This document shows, one piece after another, positions 9,801-16,503 of a stretch of 64,000 bases of DNA. Under the pieces are notes generated by a model that was not told where the DNA came from, did no database searches, and worked only from the letters and a program-made list of their open reading frames with translations. The translations under genes were made by a program, and so were the position numbers. Each line of letters opens with the position of its first letter. The stretch's first letter is position 1. The stretch comes from a virus. The stretch spans positions 1-64,000 of the IMG/VR virus record IMGVR_UViG_3300044647_001784; one strand, given 5' to 3'.

Positions 9801-10081
9801 AGCAAAATAATATGGTTATAGGCTTGGATAGATTTATCTGTTTTTGAAGATCTATCAAACCTATCGGTTGGAGAAATGTACGCCTCAACACCAAGAATCG
9901 GCTTAATGCCAATTTCCTTTGCGGCAATCTGCATATCTCTGTGTGACGAGAGAGTACCATGGTCTGTGATTGCAATCGCAGTCTGCCCAGCATCTAACGC
10001 TGCTTGACATAATTCTTTAGGTGAATTTAGTCCATCCATTAATGAATAATAGGAGTGAACATGTAGGTGTGTAAAACTCAT
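6812..10081 (-). CDS. dnaE: DNA polymerase III alpha subunit (family C)
   Basis: PHP domain HLHVHSYYSLMDG; GPGRGSAAGSLV; PDIDTDF; KLDALGL; GYSFNRSHA. Likely start MSFTHL at 10081. Confidence 0.97.
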   Translation of the reverse strand: MSFTHLHVHSYYSLMDGLNSPKELCQAALDAGQTAIAITDHGTLSSHRDMQIAAKEIGIKPILGVEAYISPTDRFDRSSKTDKSIQAYNHIILLAKNKKGLENINILQELAWNEGFYHKPRIDREVLKEYAEGVIVLSGCLNGLISKAIERGEFSEAKLVLKDFKQTFNEDFYIEVQSHNPPEINAKLLELADELKIKAVATGDAHFAKEEDRVLEEALLILSTSPKIDKESDFEMSRNIKDMMERFNYLYPDRRISFQDYNLFIQSREEIEADFNAAGISRTDIYENTMEIADKIEDYDFHQGLDLLPVPKTDADDKLREMAYSGIDKLGFSNNQAYIDRVEEELSVIASKSFASYFLVIADMIDWAKTNDIRVGPGRGSAAGSLVCYALGITDVDPIKYDLLFFRFINPERNDFPDIDTDFEDRRRKEVKEYLKKKFKHVASISTYTYFKDKGVIRDAARIFMVPLQEVNRAMKSIDTFEDFVSSPNTKEFRAKYPEVVWLADRLRGRIRSVGVHAAGVVVAKDDLRKFAPVESREDAQDKVSGRIPVVAYDMDTVADIGLIKLDALGLKTLSVISDTLKSIKSRTGKDIVLSDLTLDDPEVYKMLSEGFTKGVFQAEATPYTNLLIKMGTDKFEDLVASNALVRPGAMNTVGAAYIKRKQGNEAVDYMHTIMKPFTENTYGVIIYQEQVMQACVHLGGMTWAEADKVRKIIGKKKDAKEFDQFKDRFVTGASEHITKKKAEALWHDFEAHAGYSFNRSHAVAYSMLSYYTAWLKFYYPLEFMFSILKNENDKDARTEYLIESKRLGLKVLLPHINESELYFSLQDNAIRFGLSEVKFISDNISNKIIDHRPYKSYEHFISIASAKGSGINSRAISSLNAIGAAAFKDNLRNGNEKDNYYEYLGIPTFNLEGIPPRVKAQARPIEEFDDLGSFVMFGMVKGIKRGTGWARVEIVDETGSIGLFHNEQTQIEVGQMYFILVGDNRIARYIKVSEIDPSSNDMFVDYLYRKEYDLEEDEYIVVNFTPYTTKAGKTMSHIVLSDRNKVLTRAIAFPTMYKMTLAKMREGMKCKVVLSKLDDGTLNVKEIK

Positions 10082-10287
10082 TAGTATCCGCCACAACATT
10101 CATTTCTAGTATGATAAAGTCTAATCTTTGTCAATGTTTTTTTATTTGGTGCGTAAAGATCTTCTTTGCAACAACCACATTTCATATGCCATTCTTTAGC
10201 AAAGAAATCGTAGACAGCGCCTACATAATTTTTGTACTTGTTATATACAAAAGTTTCAAACGGGTCTGGTATTTCGTAAGAAATCAT
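10081..10287 (-). CDS. Small Cys/His-rich hypothetical protein
   Basis: KCGCC...HTRNECC; preceded by TAAAAT-6nt-ATG. Confidence 0.65.
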   Translation of the reverse strand: MISYEIPDPFETFVYNKYKNYVGAVYDFFAKEWHMKCGCCKEDLYAPNKKTLTKIRLYHTRNECCGGY

Positions 10288-10309
10288 ATTGCTATTTTAC
10301 TAAATAATG

Positions 10310-10335
10310 CAGGGGCAGTCAATAGACTGCCCCTG
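10310..10335 (-). terminator. Stem-loop after the SSB gene
   Basis: CAGGGGCAGTC-AATA-GACTGCCCCTG, an 11-bp perfect stem; U-tract is weak. Confidence 0.7.
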
Positions 10336-10346
10336 ACAATAAATAG

Positions 10347-11024
10347 TTACCAGACTAGGCTGCTGTCTGAGTCTGAAGAAGACGAAGACTCTTGACTTCC
10401 GCCTTCTCCGTTAAAGAACGCTTCTTGCTCTGTGTATGGCAGGTCACGGATTGCAGTTGTTTCTAAATCGTACAACTCAAGTGCTGATGAGTCGAATGGT
10501 GTTTCATCCTTAGCTAAAGGAATGATTGTGTAGCTTGTGTCTGTCTTAGTTCCAGTACGCTTAATGCGCCACATAAGATTTGTAATTGAGCCCATTTCTC
10601 CAGCATACTCAATTAGGGTTGGAGTAATAGTCTTTCCACTTGAACCCTGAGAAAGAATAGCTACGTAAGGCTCTTCTTTCCCGTCATCAATTAAGACATT
10701 CATGTAAAGTCTTGAACGACCCTTCCAGCCCGCCTTATAATCTTTGCGGTGTTGTTCGCAACCGTAGCATTTGCCTTGATCTTCCATTGAGCAAAGTGCC
10801 TTGCGCTTGTAATCTTTAGGGTTAGTGTGCTCTACGGCAATAAATCCCAAACCTTTTGACTCGTCATATGTAGGTGAGTCTGGGTCAAGCTCTTGCAAGA
10901 AACGAACCTTTACGCTCTCTGCATCTTCTAGCTTTGCCCAACGTGCTTTTGTTCCATCGCTTTCGCTATACGAAGGCTTATCCATTACTTGATTTAATCC
11001 TTTTAGTCCTTTTACAATACCCAC
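10347..11024 (-). CDS. Single-stranded DNA-binding protein (gp32-like phage SSB)
   Basis: VKVRFL, His/Cys zinc motif (EH...C...CYGC), KRTGTKTDTSY and an acidic/Ser-rich tail; lies between primase and polymerase. Confidence 0.7.
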   Translation of the reverse strand: MGIVKGLKGLNQVMDKPSYSESDGTKARWAKLEDAESVKVRFLQELDPDSPTYDESKGLGFIAVEHTNPKDYKRKALCSMEDQGKCYGCEQHRKDYKAGWKGRSRLYMNVLIDDGKEEPYVAILSQGSSGKTITPTLIEYAGEMGSITNLMWRIKRTGTKTDTSYTIIPLAKDETPFDSSALELYDLETTAIRDLPYTEQEAFFNGEGGSQESSSSSDSDSSLVW

Positions 11025-11079
11025 CTGTATCCTCTTTTCTTATAGTTGATGGTATAGATCCATCTGTCTGTTTAGTATA

Positions 11080-12075
11080 TCATATCCAAGAACGATATTC
11101 AATATCTGATACTGAATTTTTTACGCATGCTTTTATTTCTTCTTCAGTTAAATCACCAGCATCTTTGGCTTTATTTGGATAAATTTCTTTATACCCAAAT
11201 GAGGCCCAAGAAATATCTTTATTCCGTAACTTAGATGATATAGACCTGCCTAGTTCTCTTCCAGCCTCATCTGCATCTGTCATTATAATTATCTTGTTAA
11301 AGTATCTATTCAATAAAGACTGCTGTTCATTTGAGAGAAATCCTCCTAGCGTAGCAACAACGTTAGGAAATCCAGCCTGATGAATTCTTATTGCATCAAA
11401 ATTAGATTCACATACTATTACCTGCTGGCCAATTTTTTTAGCCCTATGAATATTAAAAAGTGTTTTGCTCTTTGGCAAGTTGGTACTATTTTTAAAAGTC
11501 TTTCCCTCAATAGATCTTCCAACTATACCAATAGGGATTGCATCTGGGCTATGAACAGGAGTGACTACCATATTCATTGATGAAGAATATCCAAGATTAA
11601 AATGTTTCATAGAGTCTATGTTAATTCCTCTAGACTCAAGGTAGCTTCTAGCAATAGCACTGGATCCGAGATCTGAGTGAAGTCTATCTAGTGTCTCTTG
11701 AGAAAATTCTTGAAACACTGGCTTGTCAGAAAGTATATCTTCCATCATCTCGTCAAAATTATTAAGTGCTTCTGTTTCTTTATTTGCAATTAACCTTAGT
11801 GATTGAAAATCATTCTTGTGCATGGTTCTCTTAATTAATTCAATTAGTGTTCCAGTTTCTCCGCATGCTGGATTAAAGCAAATAAATGCACCAGATGTTT
11901 GACTTACGCTAAAGCTAGATGTATGTCTGTTGGAATGAAATGGGCAGTAGCATAGGAAGTCATTACCTGTCTCACCAACAATGTTCAATCCAATTTCTTT
12001 TAGGATTGATTTGATATGACTTGGGGCATATTCCGTGGTATCAATTTGCTTTGAGTTATACCCTCTGATTGCCAT
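11080..12075 (-). CDS. dnaG: DNA primase (CHC2 zinc finger + TOPRIM)
   Basis: CPFH...CFNPAC, GRSI, VIVCESNFDAI, MTDADEAG, KDAGD. Likely start MAIRG at 12075. Confidence 0.92.
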   Translation of the reverse strand: MAIRGYNSKQIDTTEYAPSHIKSILKEIGLNIVGETGNDFLCYCPFHSNRHTSSFSVSQTSGAFICFNPACGETGTLIELIKRTMHKNDFQSLRLIANKETEALNNFDEMMEDILSDKPVFQEFSQETLDRLHSDLGSSAIARSYLESRGINIDSMKHFNLGYSSSMNMVVTPVHSPDAIPIGIVGRSIEGKTFKNSTNLPKSKTLFNIHRAKKIGQQVIVCESNFDAIRIHQAGFPNVVATLGGFLSNEQQSLLNRYFNKIIIMTDADEAGRELGRSISSKLRNKDISWASFGYKEIYPNKAKDAGDLTEEEIKACVKNSVSDIEYRSWI

Positions 12076-12308
12076 GCCTTCCTCTTTCCTACATATACGC
12101 CATGGAGTGTCATTAGGAACTTCCATGTTTCACCAGTAAATTCAATTGAAAATGCTGGGTCTATATCTAAAACTCTTACGTAACCTTTGCCACGCATGTC
12201 CTGTATAAGAAGATTTTCATATTGTGGTTTTAGACTTATGAGCTGTGCGTTGTCATAAAACTCAACTTCAATCTGAAATCTTTTAATTCTTTTGTGCGTC
12301 ATTTTCAA
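12000..12308 (-). CDS. Hypothetical protein
   Basis: ORF bridging helicase and primase, overlapping both. Confidence 0.65.
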   Translation of the reverse strand: MKMTHKRIKRFQIEVEFYDNAQLISLKPQYENLLIQDMRGKGYVRVLDIDPAFSIEFTGETWKFLMTLHGVYVGKRKAWQSEGITQSKLIPRNMPQVISNQS

Positions 12309-13530
12309 ACGGGTTTTCGTAAATCTCCTTAACGATACCTCTATTGATATCCCAGTCTAAGAATACTCCAAAGTCGTGGCCGTGTCTATTCTTTCTAGAT
12401 ACAACCTCGATCATATCCGTGCCCTTGTACTTATGAATAGCCATAGCCATATCAGCATCGTATTCAATTGCTTTTGACCATGCCACTTGACTCATCATTG
12501 GCGGATTATCCTGATCTGTAATATCATCTGCAGTTGCAGCAGTAATATCAATAATAGGAATATTATTTCTGACCGCCAAGTTTTTAAACTCACGAGAGAT
12601 ATTCATATTACGCTCAGTAGGAGCTTTTGAATTATTATTGTCTGTAAACAACTGGTGATAATCTAAGATAACAATGTCTGGCTTATGCTGATCAATCTTT
12701 GCCTGAATAGCATTGGGAGTTACATTACCAGAGCCTTCATTAGAAACTAGAATAAACTTGTTCTTGTCCGCAAACTTTTTGCCAGACCAACTTCTGAAAT
12801 CATCAATGTTAATATCTCCCTTTGCAAAGTCACTGGCTTTAAATAAACCAGACCCAAGCATAGTATAAATTCTGTCACGCATATTTTCTGGTGTCATTTC
12901 AAGAGAGACAATCATGGGCTTAAATCCCTGCTCCCAGGCCTTACAGGCTAGGTAAGAGGTGAACCATGTCTTACCCTTTCCTGGCCAGCCAATAGCGACT
13001 ATAAGGTGCCCTGGAGCCATTCCAGTGGGGTATGCAAGGTCGATTGACTGAAAGCCAGTCTTAATCCCTGGAGATCCCCCCATCTCGGCTGTACGGACCT
13101 TCAGGGCCTCTAAATGCTTAATTGCGTTATCAGCATCTGTCACATCTAAGTCACGGACATTATTAGTATATTTATTTAAGCTAGCAAGCTGTGACTGCAA
13201 TTCGTTAATAACTCTGGAAGCAACATCTTCTTTTAGCATTGATCCACCACGAATTAAAATGCTCTTTAGCTTGCTAGATAAAAATTCATTCTTAAGATTA
13301 TCTAAATAGTAGGCAGTCTCAGCTGTTACATTTAGGTCTGGCTCGAAGTCTTTGAACTTCTCTTGCAGTATTCCTACTTCTGGAATACCCTTAAATTTGC
13401 TGTAATATGACTTTAAGCCTTCCCAAACATCTCCGTGTGAAGTAAATAGCTCATCTACATTTTCAGCCATAACAACGCTGATGTCTTTATTCTTACAGAT
13501 AGCAGAAATTAATGTTGCTTCGGTATTCAT
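12283..13530 (-). CDS. dnaB: DnaB-like replicative helicase
   Basis: GWPGKGKT Walker A, SLEM, ILDYHQL, IEYDAD, KNRHG. Confidence 0.93.
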   Translation of the reverse strand: MNTEATLISAICKNKDISVVMAENVDELFTSHGDVWEGLKSYYSKFKGIPEVGILQEKFKDFEPDLNVTAETAYYLDNLKNEFLSSKLKSILIRGGSMLKEDVASRVINELQSQLASLNKYTNNVRDLDVTDADNAIKHLEALKVRTAEMGGSPGIKTGFQSIDLAYPTGMAPGHLIVAIGWPGKGKTWFTSYLACKAWEQGFKPMIVSLEMTPENMRDRIYTMLGSGLFKASDFAKGDINIDDFRSWSGKKFADKNKFILVSNEGSGNVTPNAIQAKIDQHKPDIVILDYHQLFTDNNNSKAPTERNMNISREFKNLAVRNNIPIIDITAATADDITDQDNPPMMSQVAWSKAIEYDADMAMAIHKYKGTDMIEVVSRKNRHGHDFGVFLDWDINRGIVKEIYENPFENDAQKN

Positions 13531-13847
13531 AGTCCGCCTTCCTCCACCATCTTCTTGGTATTCTCTCTCAATAAACGACGTGTCTCGATATCTTTTTGCA
13601 ATTCAATTCTGGTTTGTTCCATTTTGTCAAAGTTATAATAGAAGAACTGCAATGGGTGACCAAACTTTTCTAAAGAAAAATAATAGTTCATTAGATCAAT
13701 TGCCTTATCCATTCCAACGCTATCTATGACATCTTGCATGGCCCACTTTTCTCTAAACTTATTTATGGTTGCAGGCTTCTTATACTTTTCAGTGTAAAGG
13801 TTTTGGTAAAGACTCATCAAAACATATGGCTCTTTATTATTTGCCAT
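13527..13847 (-). CDS. Hypothetical protein (possible helicase partner)
   Basis: Overlaps the helicase start; no recognised motif. Confidence 0.65.
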   Translation of the reverse strand: MANNKEPYVLMSLYQNLYTEKYKKPATINKFREKWAMQDVIDSVGMDKAIDLMNYYFSLEKFGHPLQFFYYNFDKMEQTRIELQKDIETRRLLRENTKKMVEEGGL

Positions 13848-14040
13848 TCTTAAGCTCTTCTTCTACCTCAGCAGTTTTTTGAATTAACTTTCCCTCAACA
13901 AATGCGTAAACTCTTTCTGTGGCAGCATCGACTGTCTCTCCCTGCCTAACATCATCTTCAACCCCTACGCCAATTTTAATGCTCTCGTAGTTACCTAGAT
14001 TTCTGGTAAAAGAAAGATCCACCTTGACCCTTGTTGTCAT
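13837..14040 (-). CDS. Hypothetical phage protein
   Basis: TRNLGNYESIKI motif; AAGGAG RBS upstream. Confidence 0.7.
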   Translation of the reverse strand: MTTRVKVDLSFTRNLGNYESIKIGVGVEDDVRQGETVDAATERVYAFVEGKLIQKTAEVEEELKNGK

Positions 14041-14147
14041 TTGTTGTGCTCCTTAATATGTCTATTCAATGTAAAGTGTGCAAAACCAGATCTTACCTCT
14101 ATGTCTTTTTTACATATAGGACAAAAAATAGTTCTGTTGCTTGCCAT
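14037..14147 (-). CDS. 36-aa C2H2-type zinc-finger miniprotein
   Basis: Not in the track. MASNRTIFCPICKKDIEVRSGFAHFTLNRHIKEHNK; overlaps both neighbours (TAATG, ATGA). Confidence 0.65.
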   Translation of the reverse strand: MASNRTIFCPICKKDIEVRSGFAHFTLNRHIKEHNK

Positions 14148-14629
14148 TAATCCGCCTTCCAAACTGGTACGAACCCGCTATCTGTCTTAGTATACAATAC
14201 AAAGCTGTGTTTGAGAAGAGCCAATAATTCTGCCTTTGATGGCATATTATTAGAATGACCAGAGTCTAAAATATATTGATGTAAATCTAATATATCTTCT
14301 TCGCTAAACATATACTTAGACCAGCCTTCTTTAGAAAGGCTTCCTATTGGATATATTTTTTGAGGTGTCTTAATCTTTTCCTCTAATATATAATCCTGTA
14401 TTGTCACTCTGTGCTTATTCAACATCTCTGCAACTTGTACAACGCTGTATGCGTTGCCCATATGCTTATTGACTTCTGAGTAAGGATACAGAACCCGTTT
14501 TGCATCTGGATAGCACCAAGCAATTACTTGGTCTTTGGCTCTTGATGAGCTAATGACCTTATGTATTTTCCCGTTTAAGAAGAAATACCGTATCGCTTTA
14601 ATTGATCTTCCTCTATCTTTTCCAGCCAT
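14147..14629 (-). CDS. HTH (MerR/excisionase-like) DNA-binding protein
   Basis: YSVVQVAEMLNKHRVTIQDY...FSEEDI. Confidence 0.65.
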   Translation of the reverse strand: MAGKDRGRSIKAIRYFFLNGKIHKVISSSRAKDQVIAWCYPDAKRVLYPYSEVNKHMGNAYSVVQVAEMLNKHRVTIQDYILEEKIKTPQKIYPIGSLSKEGWSKYMFSEEDILDLHQYILDSGHSNNMPSKAELLALLKHSFVLYTKTDSGFVPVWKAD

Positions 14630-14763
14630 TTGCCCAACTTGTTTGTATTTTTATTCATCATCCAGCGCTTGCCGCACATGATGCAAAACAATTCCATATG
14701 TAGCTTCTGAGAAAAAACTCTATCTATAAATACTCTTCCGTTACATTTATTACATGTTATCAT
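14575..14763 (-). CDS. Small zinc-ribbon protein
   Basis: CNKCNGRVFIDR...CIMCGKRW; likely start MITCNK at 14763. Confidence 0.7.
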   Translation of the reverse strand: MITCNKCNGRVFIDRVFSQKLHMELFCIMCGKRWMMNKNTNKLGKWLEKIEEDQLKRYGISS

Positions 14764-15560
14764 ACTTGAAATAACTTTCCATCCACAACGCATGAGTAAT
14801 CTGGTGAAACATGTATCATTTGAATATGAGGATAATCATTAACAATATGTGCGATGGCAAATCCTTTTTGCCAATCGTGATGTTGAGTGTACTTCATTCC
14901 TGGACCCTTTTCATCACACATGTGACCAATTTCATATCCACGAAGAGTTTCTCCCTCTCCATTATTTCTAAGCTCATAAGTTACCATATGGGAAGCAATT
15001 CTATGAGAGTGCCCACGAATCAAAGATACCTGCATATCTTCCATGTCTTTTCTAGCGGATCCAGTTGCTGCAATTGAAAGACCATGATGAACGTGAATAT
15101 CTCCGAAGCGGCGTTTAGGAAGCTCGTCATAATAAATATATTCATATCCAAGTGAGTCTAGAGACCACAGAGCCTCTGGAGTTACTTCATTAATATAATC
15201 TGGAAGCTTAGCATCAACATAATTAAAGATACGTATATCGTGATTGCCTAAAGCAGAAAATAGCTGGGCGTTAGGAAGCATCTCTCTTGTCTTAGCATAA
15301 AAATCTCTAGCGCCTTTTGCCTCATGTCTCATCATCGGCACGATTAAATCTCTACTATCATTCTTGTGAAGTTGCATAAACTCTGCTGAGCGGCCTTCTG
15401 TATACTTGCTATAACATGCTTGATCATCTGTATCACCAAGGTAGTCAACGACATCTGGCTTAAACCATTTCATTACCTTAAACCAAAGCTCGATCATCTT
15501 GTCATCTTGATAAGGGAATTGCTGGTCCGAAGATAGCATCCACTTTAAATCGTTTGTCAT
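14760..15560 (-). CDS. Calcineurin-like metallophosphoesterase
   Basis: SDQQ, LGD, GNHD, HHG and GHSHR motifs. Confidence 0.88.
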   Translation of the reverse strand: MTNDLKWMLSSDQQFPYQDDKMIELWFKVMKWFKPDVVDYLGDTDDQACYSKYTEGRSAEFMQLHKNDSRDLIVPMMRHEAKGARDFYAKTREMLPNAQLFSALGNHDIRIFNYVDAKLPDYINEVTPEALWSLDSLGYEYIYYDELPKRRFGDIHVHHGLSIAATGSARKDMEDMQVSLIRGHSHRIASHMVTYELRNNGEGETLRGYEIGHMCDEKGPGMKYTQHHDWQKGFAIAHIVNDYPHIQMIHVSPDYSCVVDGKLFQV

Positions 15561-15579
15561 TATTTACCCTAATGTTAGT

Positions 15580-15601
15580 AGGCCATGAATATTCATGGCC
15601 T
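15580..15601. promoter_or_regulatory. Perfect 22-bp palindrome in the leader of the replication operon
   Basis: AGGCCATGAATATTCATGGCCT, with no flanking U-tract. Confidence 0.6.
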
Positions 15602-15615
15602 TAGCGCTACATCAA

Positions 15616-15643
15616 ATTGTAGCATTATGTGTTATATTGTCAA
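15616..15643 (-). promoter_or_regulatory. Promoter of the replication operon
   Basis: TTGACA-16nt-TACAAT with extended TG (TGCTACAAT). Confidence 0.75.
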
Positions 15644-15646
15644 TAC

Positions 15647-16120
15647 TTATTCTATGAGTGATGGGTTACCGCCACCACCAGATCTTTGATAGCCTTGAGT
15701 TTGTGGTGCATCTACGGCAATCCATTGAACATAAACTTTTCCATTTCTTGTTGCGCCTACTGGCATCATTCTTACAGTAAACTCTGTTGCGCTTGCTGAT
15801 GTTACAACTGGCATATATTTATGTGTTAAAAAGTTTTCCCCGCTTGGCTGCCACACTGTACATGTTATGTTAGGTCTTGCAGAAAAAGTCTTTTTAAAAG
15901 GAATTGTGAGTTCTCCAGTGCCTGCTGTATTACAAGGAACTGAGGGTCTACCAGAATCAATTACTTGGCTTGCTCCAGGGGCTCCAGGGGCTCCAGGGGT
16001 TCCAGTAGTGCTACCTGCCATAGCATTAATTAGATTAATGTTTTCGGCCATAGCTTGAAGTAACTCTGATGTAATTGGATCACCAGGGTTAACATTCATA
16101 TTTTTTAATTTTTCTGCCAT
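15647..16120 (-). CDS. Virion-associated protein with H-type-lectin-like C-terminal domain
   Basis: FKKTFSARPNITCTV...ATEFTVR...VQWIAV; short GTPGAPGAPGA linker. Confidence 0.55.
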   Translation of the reverse strand: MAEKLKNMNVNPGDPITSELLQAMAENINLINAMAGSTTGTPGAPGAPGASQVIDSGRPSVPCNTAGTGELTIPFKKTFSARPNITCTVWQPSGENFLTHKYMPVVTSASATEFTVRMMPVGATRNGKVYVQWIAVDAPQTQGYQRSGGGGNPSLIE

Positions 16121-16121
16121 T

Positions 16122-16268
16122 TTACTTCTCCTCTGACTCCTCAGTCATTTGTTCTTTTTGAAGCTGTGTTATTTCTGCACGAAGAATTGCAATATGCGTC
16201 TCATATTGTGAGACTAGGTCCCCAATTCTTTGCTGTAGTGCTGCTATTACCAATTCTGCTTTATCCAT
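16122..16268 (-). CDS. Small coiled-coil protein (48 aa)
   Basis: Not in the track. MDKAELVIAALQQRIGDLVSQYETHIAILRAEITQLQKEQMTEESEEK; AAGGAG RBS and TGGTATACT upstream. Confidence 0.75.
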   Translation of the reverse strand: MDKAELVIAALQQRIGDLVSQYETHIAILRAEITQLQKEQMTEESEEK

Positions 16269-16299
16269 TATATCTCCTTGATAGATTTACAGTATACCA

Positions 16300-16503
16300 T
16301 TATGGTGTATTTGTGTCTAGCCCGTGAAGCTGTATATATGACTCGGTTGTCATGTCTTCCATTGTTACTCCAGGGTGTCTTGTAAAGCTTTCAATTAGGC
16401 TAGCACCGCAATCTGGACATGTGCCATAAGCATTATTGGCATCAATTCTTTCTGCATACATTTCTTTATCATCTATACAGATTACGCAAAAAAACTTAAT
16501 CAT
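16300..16503 (-). CDS. Small CxxC...CxxC protein
   Basis: CVIC and CPDC; ATGA overlap with the upstream fibre gene. Confidence 0.6.
   Translation of the reverse strand: MIKFFCVICIDDKEMYAERIDANNAYGTCPDCGASLIESFTRHPGVTMEDMTTESYIQLHGLDTNTP

Noticed and set aside
5556-13530. Inteins or introns in DnaE, DnaB or RecA
   Set aside because: Proteins are of normal length with contiguous motifs; no splice-junction or homing-endonuclease signatures were seen.
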